From: SAR202 cluster bacterium
GTDB lineage: Bacteria; Chloroflexota; Dehalococcoidia; Lucifugimonadales; UBA826
Assembly: GCA_008373095.1 (NCBI GenBank)
Contig: RQOP01000037.1
Span: forward strand, 1 to 61,249
Direction of reading: 5' to 3'
DNA length: 61,249 nt
Position numbers and translations under genes: made by a program. The notes under the pieces are model-generated. The model searched no databases. It had not been told where the DNA came from and saw only the letters and a list, made by a program, of their open reading frames with translations. Numbering within the stretch: position 1 is the first letter of the stretch; every line of letters begins with the position of its first letter. Positions 1 to 9,811 of this stretch are shown one piece after another.

Positions 1-2
1 GA

Positions 3-920
3 CCTTGGTTTTTACTTCTATCTGCACTAATAATTTTACCGGGGGTGGTATTTCTTATACTGTCTCCTGGGCTAAAACCTGGTATTGATTTCACCGGTGG
101 CTCGAGTCTGACTGTTCAATTTCCTGAACTTGCCAAAGTAAATCAAGAATCTATTCGAACTGAACTTGCTAAAATTGGCTACGAAGATGCGAAAATACAA
201 AATTTCGGAATTATTGAGGCTGAAGGAGAAAAATACGAGACTTTCTTTCTTCGGACTCAAACATTGAATGAAGAACAAAAAGATCTGCTTGTCGAATCTT
301 TAAATAATGCATTCTCTCCAAACGAAACGGACACCTTGCAAAGTTTTGATCTAGTGTCAGCCGTTGTAGCAGAAGAAACCGTAATAAATGCTCTCTGGGC
401 GGTATTAGCAGCAGCGGTGGGAATCTTTTTTTACATATGGTGGGCATTTCGAAATGTTCCCAGTCCATTCAGATATGGTCTGGCAGCAATCGTCGCCCTG
501 CTACATGACACGCTTATCGTAGTAGGAATTTTTTCCATTCTAGGATACCTATTTGAAATAGAAGTAAACACAATGTTTCTAATAGCCCTACTAACTGTTA
601 TTGGTTATAGCGTGAACGATACTATCGTAGTCTTCGATAAAATCAGGGAAAATGTCCTGATCTATTCCAATAGGCCGTTTCCTGAGATCGTCAACTTGAG
701 TATCTCGGAAACCATCGGAAGGTCTTTAAATACAAGTTTCACTTTACTAGTTACCTTACTTGCGCTACTGATGTTCGGAGGGTCGACAATAAGAGAATTC
801 CTATATGTACTAATAATTGGAGTGTTGGTAGGAACTTACAGCTCAATAGCAATAGCAACACAAGTCCTTGTATCCTGGAATCAAAAAAGCCTTGGAAGAT
901 TAATTCACTCAAGAAATTAA
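3..920 (+). CDS. secF: Protein translocase subunit SecF (5'-truncated by the window edge)
   Basis: GIDFTGG and GYSVNDTIVVFDKIREN motifs with multiple TM helices; the frame is open back to base 3 (PWFLLLSALIILPG...), so the true start lies outside the window. Confidence 0.95.
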   Translation, partial: PWFLLLSALIILPGVVFLILSPGLKPGIDFTGGSSLTVQFPELAKVNQESIRTELAKIGYEDAKIQNFGIIEAEGEKYETFFLRTQTLNEEQKDLLVESLNNAFSPNETDTLQSFDLVSAVVAEETVINALWAVLAAAVGIFFYIWWAFRNVPSPFRYGLAAIVALLHDTLIVVGIFSILGYLFEIEVNTMFLIALLTVIGYSVNDTIVVFDKIRENVLIYSNRPFPEIVNLSISETIGRSLNTSFTLLVTLLALLMFGGSTIREFLYVLIIGVLVGTYSSIAIATQVLVSWNQKSLGRLIHSRN

Positions 921-930
921 GTGTACTCGG

Positions 931-1959
931 CTAAGGAATTAAAACGATCCGCCCCACACTCTCCTTTTGTTTCATTTTTTGGAAGGCTTCCTTTACGTCA
1001 TCAAAGGCAAAACTTTCTTCCACAACTGGCATCACCAGTCTTTTTTGAACCATATCAATAGCACCATTGATATGCGATTTATTTGCTCCTGTAGACCCAA
1101 TTAAACTAGCGTTTTTGAAAATTATTTCAGAGGTACCAGAAAATTCTTTCTGTTTTGAAACCTCGCCCATCACGATAGCCCTCCCTCCATAGCTCAAAGA
1201 AGAAATCGAGGTTTTCAACAATTTTGAACCTACAGGATTGAATGTGACATTAGCACCTTCATCATCTGTCAGTGCCATCACTAACTCTATCGGATCGATC
1301 CCCTCTTCAAGTAAAAAAAGTTGTTCAATTCCATATTTTGATATTTTTTCAAGTTTTTCAGGGGAAGAAGTAAACGATATCGAATTACCTCCAACGGACT
1401 GGACAATCTGAGCAGCATGTATCCCTAGACCCCCGCCGCTACCAAATACAGCAGTGGATTCCCCTGGCTTCAACAATGCCTTATCAAACAAAGCTTTAAT
1501 AGTGACGCCAATAGGACATGACAAAAGAGCACTTTGGATTAAATCCAAATTTCCTACATTCACTAAGTTTTGTTCTTTCACCAATAGATATTCAGTAAAT
1601 CCGCCGTCGATTCCGTGTCCATAGCCTAGGCCATATTCACAAATATATTCCTGCCCATCAAGGCAAATATCGCACACCCCACAAGCGGTCGTTAGGGTAG
1701 TTACTACTTTATCTCCCAGATGGAAATCTTCTATTTCACTGCCTACATCAACTACGGTGCCAGAAATTTCATGGCCTAATACAACGTTTTTTTTGGTTCC
1801 CCTTCTCAAAGTTCCATCCATCACGGATATGTCGTGATGGCATACACCAGCAGCTGCAACCTTTATGATCACCCCTTGCGGTACCAAGGTAGGTTCAGGA
1901 GCATCGACAACCTGAAATTCAGGTATTTCACCCGGTTCTTTTAATATCAAACTCTTCAT
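931..1959 (-). CDS. Zinc-dependent alcohol dehydrogenase (MDR family)
   Basis: GVCHHD and GHEISG catalytic-Zn motifs, CGVCDIC..C structural Zn, GSGGGLG nucleotide-binding loop, C-terminal GRIVL. Confidence 0.9.
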   Translation of the reverse strand: MKSLILKEPGEIPEFQVVDAPEPTLVPQGVIIKVAAAGVCHHDISVMDGTLRRGTKKNVVLGHEISGTVVDVGSEIEDFHLGDKVVTTLTTACGVCDICLDGQEYICEYGLGYGHGIDGGFTEYLLVKEQNLVNVGNLDLIQSALLSCPIGVTIKALFDKALLKPGESTAVFGSGGGLGIHAAQIVQSVGGNSISFTSSPEKLEKISKYGIEQLFLLEEGIDPIELVMALTDDEGANVTFNPVGSKLLKTSISSLSYGGRAIVMGEVSKQKEFSGTSEIIFKNASLIGSTGANKSHINGAIDMVQKRLVMPVVEESFAFDDVKEAFQKMKQKESVGRIVLIP

Positions 1960-1971
1960 TTCTTTCAGATA

Positions 1972-2859
1972 CTATCCATCAGAATCAGCTATCTTAGACA
2001 CGGCCTCAATTGTGTCCCAAGTTGTTCTGTCTTTGTCTATGGTTTCCGGACTTTCTTTAGCAAAAGGAGTGGAATTTAGCATTTTGTAAATTTCAGCGGC
2101 ACCTTTATGAAAATTTGGCGTGACACCTAGATTCTCAAAGGTGGCTGCTATCTCTTCCATCTCTCCAATCCATCTATGGGCATTTGCCGGTAGACGAGAA
2201 ATTCCTTTTTCCATTGCAGCTAAATGGGATTTCTGGCTGAATTCAAATTCCTTCCTAAGGTCATCAGTCAAACCCATACGACTTGCCGCCGTCAGCAATG
2301 CGACATGAAGTGTGTTAGTACCCTTTGTTAAAGCTGCATAGCACATTTTAATACCTGAAGCTTGTCCAACTTTATTGCCTATAGCTTTCACTATTATCCC
2401 TCTGCCGTCCAGCTCCATCACTACTGATGCATCAGGTCCTGAAACATAAAATCGAGGCGTATCTCCCTTTGTAGGGGCAGTTCCTATTATTCCACCATCG
2501 ATGAATTTACCTCCAGCCTGGTTTATCACCTCTGCCATAGCCAATGCCGATTGAGGAGATACCGCATTACAATCAGCAAAGTAGGTTGGTGTTTTACTCG
2601 ATTCAAAATGAGGTGAGATTTCTCTAACAAAACTCATAGCCTTCGAGGGAACCATAATCGACAAAACCAGATCGGCTTGGATTACCATATCCTCCAAAGT
2701 AGCAACTTGTCTTAACCCTGCCATTTCGGCTAGATTCTTGGTTCTTTGACTTCGCCCATCTGTGCAGGTGATCACATCTATACCACTTTCAGACAAGACT
2801 TGCCCAACAGCATGACCCATGTCTCCTGGACTCATAATCGCCACAGTATTAACCATCAT
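1972..2859 (-). CDS. NAD(P)-dependent beta-hydroxyacid dehydrogenase-like protein (6PGD NAD-binding domain plus DUF1932-type C-terminus)
   Basis: SPGDMG Rossmann loop, DCNAVSP, DGGIIG, ASGIKMCYAALTKG, RWIGEMEEIA. Confidence 0.8.
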   Translation of the reverse strand: MMVNTVAIMSPGDMGHAVGQVLSESGIDVITCTDGRSQRTKNLAEMAGLRQVATLEDMVIQADLVLSIMVPSKAMSFVREISPHFESSKTPTYFADCNAVSPQSALAMAEVINQAGGKFIDGGIIGTAPTKGDTPRFYVSGPDASVVMELDGRGIIVKAIGNKVGQASGIKMCYAALTKGTNTLHVALLTAASRMGLTDDLRKEFEFSQKSHLAAMEKGISRLPANAHRWIGEMEEIAATFENLGVTPNFHKGAAEIYKMLNSTPFAKESPETIDKDRTTWDTIEAVSKIADSDG

Positions 2860-2970
2860 ATAGGACGCTCCATTTAATGAATTCTTTTTGATGAAAATTA
2901 TTTTAAACTTCTAATTATAGATAATCTTAATAACTTATTTCAGCCATGAACATTCAAGCTATCACCCCCA

Positions 2971-2979
2971 TGATAAACT
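2971..2979 (+). promoter_or_regulatory. Putative extended -10 promoter (TGaTAAACT) for nfo
   Basis: TGnTAnnnT match ending 33 nt upstream of the nfo ATG, followed by a GGGGG Shine-Dalgarno-like run. Confidence 0.45.
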
Positions 2980-3012
2980 GGACTAAATGGTCAATACAAT
3001 TGGGGGGTTAAC

Positions 3013-3864
3013 ATGATTCTTGGAGCGCATGTATCTACTTCTGGAGGACTCAGTAAATCCATAGATAGGGCGCAAGCGATTGGTGCCGAGGGTATACAAA
3101 TATTCGCGTCATCCCCAAGGGCTTGGAGATTTAATTTCCCCAAAGAGGAGGAGGTAGCCCTTTTTAAGGAAAAAAGTTTGGAAACGGGAATAGGACCTTG
3201 TTACATACATGGGAGTTATCTAGTCAATATAGGAGGCGATGAAGGCCAACTTGGTAAATCGATAGAATCTCTCACAAATAATATGAAAACCGCGGATCAA
3301 ATTGGTGCCGAAGGAGTTATATTTCATGGAGGAAGTCATAAAGGAAAGGGTTTTGAAACGGTACTTGGTCAAGCTGTGCAATGTCTCACCGAAGTTCTAG
3401 AAAACTCCCCAAATGCACCGTGGTTGTGTATTGAGAACAGTGCAGGCATGGGGTCTCATATAGGATCCTCTTTTGAAGAAATCGGGGCAATTATAAAAGC
3501 AGTTGACCATCCCAACCTAAAGGTTTGCCTAGACACCGAACACTGTTTTGCTGCTGGATACAACATTGCATCGAAGGATTCTATAAATTCTGTTATGGAA
3601 GAGTTTGATTCGAAGATAGGATTGGAAAGACTCGTAGCGGTCCACGCCAACGATGCAAAAGTGGAATTTGGTTCTGGAGTGGATAGGCATGAAAACATTG
3701 GTGAGGGCTACATAGGAATAGAAGGGTTTGAAGCCATTCTGGGAGAACCCGCCTTTTCTGAAGTCCCATTTTTCCTGGAAGTACCGGGGTTTGAAGGGGA
3801 TGGTCCTGATGAAGAAAATATGAACAGACTGAAATCAATACGATCCAAATTACTCAAAGATTAA
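3013..3864 (+). CDS. nfo: Endonuclease IV (AP endonuclease family 2)
   Basis: GAHVS, HGSYLVN, IENSAG, CLDTEH, HANDAK, DRHENIGEG metal-ligand motifs. Confidence 0.93.
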   Translation: MILGAHVSTSGGLSKSIDRAQAIGAEGIQIFASSPRAWRFNFPKEEEVALFKEKSLETGIGPCYIHGSYLVNIGGDEGQLGKSIESLTNNMKTADQIGAEGVIFHGGSHKGKGFETVLGQAVQCLTEVLENSPNAPWLCIENSAGMGSHIGSSFEEIGAIIKAVDHPNLKVCLDTEHCFAAGYNIASKDSINSVMEEFDSKIGLERLVAVHANDAKVEFGSGVDRHENIGEGYIGIEGFEAILGEPAFSEVPFFLEVPGFEGDGPDEENMNRLKSIRSKLLKD

Positions 3865-3869
3865 CCTCT

Positions 3870-4991
3870 ATGTCTTCTCCCCTTTCCAAATCAGAGGCCA
3901 GGCGATATAGAAAATTTCTACAATCGGAAATCGAGGCTGCATCGATGTATAGGATACTGTCTAGGTTTGAGTCCGACCCGGAAAGATCTGAGATTTTTGA
4001 ACAACTATCTCAATCGGAAATTAGGCACGCACAACATTGGAACCAAAAATTGGGCAATAACTCAACCAATATAGTCCTTCAAAATAACACTCCAAAACTC
4101 ATCTACATAAGGCTAATTTGTTCTATGTTTGGGCCGAACAAGGTACTGCCATGGTTAGCTCGAATAGAATCAAAAGAAATAGGTGCATATATTGGAGAAG
4201 TTGACGGCCAAGAACTTTTAGCGGAAGAAAAAGACCACGCTAGAATACTTTCAAAAATGGCTCTTGGTGATGGTAATCGTCAAATTATCAGTGAATCCTG
4301 GCACAGTCACGGCAATAGTGGCAGCGTGAGGGCAGCAGTTTTAGGCGTAAATGACGGTTTAGTTTCAAATTTTTGCTTGATGATGGGAGTAGCTGGAGGA
4401 ACAGCTGGAGGTGACAGTCCAGATCTCATTGCGTTGGCGGGAATAGCTGCTTTAATCGCTGGAAGTTTGTCAATGGCAACAGGAGAGTACATTTCAGTAC
4501 GCTCACAAAGGGAAATATACGAGTATCAAATCGAAACCGAACGGGCAGAACTAGAGGAGTGGCCTGAAGAAGAAGAGGAAGAATTAGTCCTAATATACAG
4601 AGCCAAGGGATTGGAAGAAGAACTTGCCAGAAAAGTGGCCTCTGCTGTTATGTCAAATCCGGCCAGCGCCCTTGACACTATGGCAAAAGAGGAATTAGGT
4701 CTCAACCCAGAGGATTTGGGGTCTCCATGGAAAGCCTCCATATCTAGTTTGTTGGCTTTTGCTTTAGGAGCCGCTGTACCATTGATCCCCATCCTTTTCT
4801 CCACAGGTGGCACTTCAATTACTATAAGTGCAATATTTAGTTCTATTGCTCTGTTTATGGTCGGTGGTCTGGTATCTATAGCTAGTGGTAAAAACATCCT
4901 ATTTGGCGCGGCAAGGATGCTGGTGGCAGGTGGCCTAGCAGCGACCTTTACATATGGAGTAGGTTACTTATTGGGTATTTCAATTTTATAA
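3870..4991 (+). CDS. VIT1/CCC1 iron/manganese transporter with N-terminal rubrerythrin/ferritin-like domain
   Basis: N-terminal E..EIRH..E..EKDH diiron pattern; VIT1 motifs RAAVLGVNDGLVS and SMATGEYISV; C-terminal TM helices. Confidence 0.88.
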   Translation: MSSPLSKSEARRYRKFLQSEIEAASMYRILSRFESDPERSEIFEQLSQSEIRHAQHWNQKLGNNSTNIVLQNNTPKLIYIRLICSMFGPNKVLPWLARIESKEIGAYIGEVDGQELLAEEKDHARILSKMALGDGNRQIISESWHSHGNSGSVRAAVLGVNDGLVSNFCLMMGVAGGTAGGDSPDLIALAGIAALIAGSLSMATGEYISVRSQREIYEYQIETERAELEEWPEEEEEELVLIYRAKGLEEELARKVASAVMSNPASALDTMAKEELGLNPEDLGSPWKASISSLLAFALGAAVPLIPILFSTGGTSITISAIFSSIALFMVGGLVSIASGKNILFGAARMLVAGGLAATFTYGVGYLLGISIL

Positions 4992-5056
4992 ATATAAATT
5001 TAGACTTTGCCACACGAATTGATGGCAAAAGTAAGTCAAAATTTGGGAGGACGACA

Positions 5057-6202
5057 ATGGTTTCAGAAAATTTGGGCAGTATCTATAAGGAGCTCGGAGC
5101 TACTCCGATTATTAATGCGATAGGCAGTGTAACAATGCTAGGCGGCTCAACACCTATCCCAGAGGTTAGAGAAGCAATGGCACTCGCAGGAGATTCCTAC
5201 ATACCTCTAATGGAATTAGAAGAAAAAGCCGGTGCTGCAATAGCCGATATGGTAGGAATCCCAGCCGCTTACATAACCTCTGGTGCTGGTTCAGCTTTGA
5301 CTTTGGCTGCAGCTGCGGTCATGGCCGGAGAGAATGACAACCTAATTGAGCAATTACCAGATACAACTGGGATGAAAAATGAAATTCTCATCCAAAAGAG
5401 ACAACGATATTGGTATGACAGATGCCTGGAAGCCTCAGGAGCTAAGTTGGTGGAATTCGGTTCGGAGGAAGGGACTTCAGCCGACGATCTACAAAATGCC
5501 ATAAATGAAAAAACAGCCGCCGTACATTTTTACATGGTTGAGCAGGAGCACGACCCTAATGCACTTTCACTAGAAAAAACAATTCAAATTGCCCACGACA
5601 ATGATTTGCCTGTGCTCGTCGACGCGGCAGGTCAAATATATCCTTTGGACTTATTTGGCAAATACGTCAAAATGGGAGCAGATTTTCAATGCATTGCAGC
5701 CAAGTACATGGGGGCTTCACAATCCACTGGCCTAGCCTTTGGTAGTGAAGAAATGATTAGAAAAATATCCAAACAATCATTTGTAGGATATGAAGGAAGA
5801 AGAATTCGTGGGATAGGAAGACCACATAAGGTCGATAGACAAGAAATGGTTGGTGTGGTTGCAGCAGTGAAAAATTGGATGACTATAAACCATGAAGAAA
5901 GATTGGCAGATATTGAAAATAGAAGTCAGAAATTTATTAATACTCTCTCGGATATACCAGGGATCAGTACGACGATGATTAATAACATCATCGGGCATCA
6001 ACCTTTTGGAGTGGAATTAAGGATAGATGAAACTATTACGGGAATGTCAGCGCAAAAACTAGTAGAAACATTAAAGGAGGGTGATCCTCCTATATGGACA
6101 AGGGTAAGAGACGGGGACGACTACATAGCAATACATATGTTTGGGCTTAAAGTTGGTGAAGAAGAAATTGTCGCAGAAAGGATCAAGGAGTTATTCATAT
6201 AG
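5057..6202 (+). CDS. SelA-like PLP-dependent enzyme (DgaE/D-glucosaminate-6-phosphate ammonia-lyase-like)
   Basis: IINAIGSVTMLGGS, VDAAGQ, PLP lysine in AAKYMG, GIGRPHKVDRQE; 381 aa, shorter than typical bacterial SelA. Confidence 0.78.
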   Translation: MVSENLGSIYKELGATPIINAIGSVTMLGGSTPIPEVREAMALAGDSYIPLMELEEKAGAAIADMVGIPAAYITSGAGSALTLAAAAVMAGENDNLIEQLPDTTGMKNEILIQKRQRYWYDRCLEASGAKLVEFGSEEGTSADDLQNAINEKTAAVHFYMVEQEHDPNALSLEKTIQIAHDNDLPVLVDAAGQIYPLDLFGKYVKMGADFQCIAAKYMGASQSTGLAFGSEEMIRKISKQSFVGYEGRRIRGIGRPHKVDRQEMVGVVAAVKNWMTINHEERLADIENRSQKFINTLSDIPGISTTMINNIIGHQPFGVELRIDETITGMSAQKLVETLKEGDPPIWTRVRDGDDYIAIHMFGLKVGEEEIVAERIKELFI

Positions 6203-6235
6203 ACCCTTGTAATGCATGTACCAGCTAATCCCCTG

Positions 6236-6244
6236 TGATAAAAT
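6236..6244 (+). promoter_or_regulatory. Putative extended -10 promoter (TGaTAAAAT) for rplY
   Basis: Near-consensus extended -10 in the intergenic region; AGGAG SD upstream of the GTG start. Confidence 0.5.
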
Positions 6245-6312
6245 GTATAGGTTTCGACAAATAAAGAAATGTATTTTGGATCCAAAACAATGGTATTACA
6301 GGAGCTTTTCAG

Positions 6313-6975
6313 GTGAATAATCTGAATCTAAGTGTGAGCAAAAGAGAAGTTACAGGTAAAAAAGTATCCGAGCTTAGGAATAGCGGACTAACTCCTGTCC
6401 ATATGTACGGACCAGAAATAGAATCTAGTTCGCTCCAATGTGACACGGCAATTTTGGATCGTGTTATAACCGACGCTGGAACCAATATACCAGTCACAGT
6501 AGACGTCGAAAATGGCGATCAAGGTAACCTTTGTTTCATACGAGAAGTACAGTATCACCCTGTAACCAATAAGGTCTTGCATGTAGACTTTATGAAAGTG
6601 CAGGAAGGTAGACCAGTCCGAGCACAAGTACCTGTTTCTGTCGAAGGCACCTCCCCTGCTGTCAGAACAATGGGAGGAACTTTACTTCAGCCGTTACAAA
6701 CTCTTACGGTTGAAGCGCTTCCCCTCGAAATACCGGAAATTATTATCTTGCAAGCGGAGTTGCTAATCGACTTCGAAACAAACCTTTACGTCAGCGATAT
6801 AGAACTTGGCGATAACGTATCTATAATTAATGAAACCTCAGAAATGGTGGCTAGTGTTGTCGCACCAAGAGTCGAAAGACTGGACTCGGAAATTGCAGAG
6901 GGTGAAGAAGGCGAAACTGAAGAAGGTACAGAATCAACCGAGGGCGACGATGAAACAGAAAGCTCTGAAGAGTAG
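6313..6975 (+). CDS. rplY: 50S ribosomal protein L25/general stress protein Ctc
   Basis: GKKVSELRNSGLTPVHMYG, REVQYHPV...HVDF, Ctc C-terminal domain, acidic tail. Confidence 0.93.
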   Translation: MNNLNLSVSKREVTGKKVSELRNSGLTPVHMYGPEIESSSLQCDTAILDRVITDAGTNIPVTVDVENGDQGNLCFIREVQYHPVTNKVLHVDFMKVQEGRPVRAQVPVSVEGTSPAVRTMGGTLLQPLQTLTVEALPLEIPEIIILQAELLIDFETNLYVSDIELGDNVSIINETSEMVASVVAPRVERLDSEIAEGEEGETEEGTESTEGDDETESSEE

Positions 6976-6993
6976 ACCTTCTTAACCGGTCCC

Positions 6994-8124
6994 TTAATAG
7001 TCTTGAAAAAGTCTTCCCCATCCAGTGCCCATGGCTTTTTCAATTCTTTTTTTGCCTATAAACCTAAGCCAATATTCGTTATGGTATAAGTTGGAAGCAA
7101 AATAAGCCAACGGTGTTATTTTGGACCTCAGCAACATGTTTTCCAAGGGTTTTAACTTACCCCAGTAAATCATCTTCTGGCCTTTACTGGCCAAGGTATT
7201 GCCACTCTTAAATTGCCAATCTATCTCCGAAATATCTTCCCCAACGATATTTATATCAGATATTCGCCCACAGCCTAGACCGTACTCATCAGCTATCCTA
7301 ATGAAATCTATAGTCATTGGATCATATCCCATCATCTTGGCTGCCACGGCATCCACCGCAACTTGATCAGATCCGCTCAACAAAACATTTTTTTGATGCC
7401 ATCGCATCGCCCTAGGGCCTGGCCCCGATCCTGCAAAAGTACCATCAGTTAAAGCAAATATGCCTGGATGAATTTTTTTTTGAATCCTTAGCAAATCCAC
7501 CAAGGTCTCATGAATTACCGAATGTGTCCAATGTCTTTGAAAATTCAACAATCCACCAAAAGCATTTTTCATGGCACCCGTTATAGTAGTGAAAACATGA
7601 GTTTTCATCGTGGGAAGATGAATTATATTTTTGTCGATTAAAAACTTTGGTATATGAATGCCATCAGGATAAATTTTATCTAGGACTAAGAAATCCTCGT
7701 TGAAATACAATGGAACCCATTCAACATCTTCAAGATGTACGCTTTCCAGTCCATGGCTCTTAACCACCACATCGTGCTTATTATTGACTTCACCCTCTCT
7801 CGCATCTACCACAACCGTTCCATTATGGGTGGGAATCAAATCTTTAAATCCATCTTCTTTTAAGGTATTTATTACACCATCTAGCTGCCACGGAGATGTA
7901 GAGCAGGAAGGATAAAAATGTTGCCACGATATATTAATCTTTAACAGAGTAGCAATGTCCTTAGAAAGGTATGACTCGTACCCGGCAAGTCGCATACACG
8001 ACCCTATGTCTGAAATTACCGTTTCTGGACTGGTTTTTATTACAGCTACCGTCGGTCGGCTACTGACCGGTCCTATTGCTGCACCACCCAAAGCAGTATC
8101 CGTCTGAGCCGCTTCAGGCACCAT
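6994..8124 (-). CDS. DUF362-family protein (putative Fe-S protein)
   Basis: LLKINISW, LPTMKTHVFTTITGAMKNAFG, GPGP, DQVAVDAVAAKMMG..P motifs typical of DUF362. Confidence 0.75.
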   Translation of the reverse strand: MVPEAAQTDTALGGAAIGPVSSRPTVAVIKTSPETVISDIGSCMRLAGYESYLSKDIATLLKINISWQHFYPSCSTSPWQLDGVINTLKEDGFKDLIPTHNGTVVVDAREGEVNNKHDVVVKSHGLESVHLEDVEWVPLYFNEDFLVLDKIYPDGIHIPKFLIDKNIIHLPTMKTHVFTTITGAMKNAFGGLLNFQRHWTHSVIHETLVDLLRIQKKIHPGIFALTDGTFAGSGPGPRAMRWHQKNVLLSGSDQVAVDAVAAKMMGYDPMTIDFIRIADEYGLGCGRISDINIVGEDISEIDWQFKSGNTLASKGQKMIYWGKLKPLENMLLRSKITPLAYFASNLYHNEYWLRFIGKKRIEKAMGTGWGRLFQDY

Positions 8125-9729
8125 TTAGTTCTCTAGAAAGTCCCTCAATTTTTTCGATCGGTTCGGATGTCTCAACTTCCGAAGAGCTTTTGCTTCTATT
8201 TGCCTAATTCTCTCCCGGGTAACGCCAAAATCCTTTCCAACCTCCTCTAATGTACGGCTTCTTCCGTCCTCTAAGCCAAACCGTAGCTCCAGAACCCTTG
8301 CCTCTCTGTCATTTAAAGTGTCTAGTACATCAATAACTTGTTCTCTAAGAAGCTGGTACGAGGCTGCTTCAACTGGTGCTAAAGCAGCTGTGTCTGGAAT
8401 AAAGTCACCTAAATGACTATCCTCTTCTTCCCCAATGGGTGTTTCAAGAGATACTGGCTCTTGAGATATTTTTAGAATTTCCCTCACCTTATCTGGAGCA
8501 ATTTCCATTTCACGACCGATTTCTTCGCTAGTGGGTTCCCTGCCGTACTCTTGAACCAATCTTCTAGTAACCCGAAGCAATTTATTGATAGTCTCTACCA
8601 TATGTACTGGTATTCGAATCGTTCTAGCCTGGTCAGCTATAGCACGTGTTATAGCTTGCCTAATCCACCATGTCGCATATGTACTGAACTTGTAACCTTT
8701 CCTGTAATCAAATTTTTCTACTGCTCTAATAAGCCCTATGTTACCTTCCTGAATCAAATCAAGAAGGGACATACCCCGCCCAATGTACTTTTTGGCAACG
8801 CTTACAACTAACCTCAAGTTAGCTTCTGAAAGATGCTGTTGGGCATCGTCTCCCCTCTGTTTAATGCGTTCCAAATGCTGCCTAAACAAAAGCTCATATG
8901 GTTGCATTTTATCTGCAAGTTTATCGTCTGCTAGTATCTCTCTCAATTCGTCGAAAGTCGGGGTTCCATCAATGGCTTTAAAAATATCATCGGGTAGTAA
9001 TCTAGTGTTTATAGAAGCCTGCTTTATCATTTCCTTCAGTTCATCAGTCTCTGGAGGATCTTCGTCTTTCAGTTCTGAAAGAATTGCGGAGATTTGTTCA
9101 AGTAAATCATCCTGAAAGATCCCATCTATTGCTTCTCTTACTTCTGGATTAGCCATCAGATCGGGCAACGTACCATCAAATGCAACTTCCTTGGAAGTAA
9201 GAATAGCTTTTATTATGTCTTCACTATCAACAACAGTCCTAAGCATATCTCCGACGATTTCTCTGGCTTTGGGAGCTATTTCTGTTTCAAATTCCAGGTC
9301 GTCTTCTTTATTTTCAACGAACCGTTTACCTTCAAATTTGCGAGCAAGATCTCTCTCTTGCGGAGCTTTCAAGAGGTCAACTCTACCTATCTCCCGCAGG
9401 TACATTCGGACGGGGTCATCAATTATTTCCGTACTCCCGATCTCTTTTTCCCATTCTCGTGCAGCCTTGGCCTTTAAGTCTTCTAGAGATGGCGGAGCAT
9501 CGTCATCATCTTCTTGGGTGGTGCTGTTTGAAGAACTATCCATCCCCAACTCAAGAACTGTGGAATCTTCGTCATCGTCATCATCATCGTCGTCGTCTTC
9601 TTCTTCAATCAATTCTTCCTGCTCTTCTTCATCCGCCCTATAGCCATCTTCTTTTGATCGGCTCCCTCTCAAAGCCCCATCTATAAGATCTGCCTCACCG
9701 CCTACATGCTGAATTCCATCAGTAGTCAT
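8125..9729 (-). CDS. rpoD: RNA polymerase primary sigma factor (sigma-70/SigA)
   Basis: Region 1.2 [12 protein letters not shown], region 2 [43 protein letters not shown], region 4 [18 protein letters not shown]. Confidence 0.97.
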   Translation of the reverse strand: MTTDGIQHVGGEADLIDGALRGSRSKEDGYRADEEEQEELIEEEDDDDDDDDDEDSTVLELGMDSSSNSTTQEDDDDAPPSLEDLKAKAAREWEKEIGSTEIIDDPVRMYLREIGRVDLLKAPQERDLARKFEGKRFVENKEDDLEFETEIAPKAREIVGDMLRTVVDSEDIIKAILTSKEVAFDGTLPDLMANPEVREAIDGIFQDDLLEQISAILSELKDEDPPETDELKEMIKQASINTRLLPDDIFKAIDGTPTFDELREILADDKLADKMQPYELLFRQHLERIKQRGDDAQQHLSEANLRLVVSVAKKYIGRGMSLLDLIQEGNIGLIRAVEKFDYRKGYKFSTYATWWIRQAITRAIADQARTIRIPVHMVETINKLLRVTRRLVQEYGREPTSEEIGREMEIAPDKVREILKISQEPVSLETPIGEEEDSHLGDFIPDTAALAPVEAASYQLLREQVIDVLDTLNDREARVLELRFGLEDGRSRTLEEVGKDFGVTRERIRQIEAKALRKLRHPNRSKKLRDFLEN

Positions 9730-9783
9730 TCCCTTCTTCTCCTTTCGATGTGTTGGTGCAGGATAAAATTTTTTCCAGCTTAC

Positions 9784-9792
9784 ATTCTACCA
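9784..9792 (-). promoter_or_regulatory. Putative internal extended -10 promoter (TGgTAGAAT) for rpoD
   Basis: Lies in the dnaG-rpoD gap about 55 nt upstream of the ATG; AGGAGAAGAAGGG SD-like region follows. Confidence 0.55.
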
Positions 9793-9811
9793 AAAATAAC
9801 ATCACAATCCT

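Noticed and set aside
5057-6202. Selenocysteine synthase (selA) call
   Set aside because: Too short, motifs are DgaE-like, and no selB, selD or tRNA-Sec was seen in the window
9566-9607. TCA/TCG/TCT trinucleotide run as a contingency repeat
   Set aside because: Imperfect and in-frame; it encodes the poly-Asp/Glu tract of RpoD
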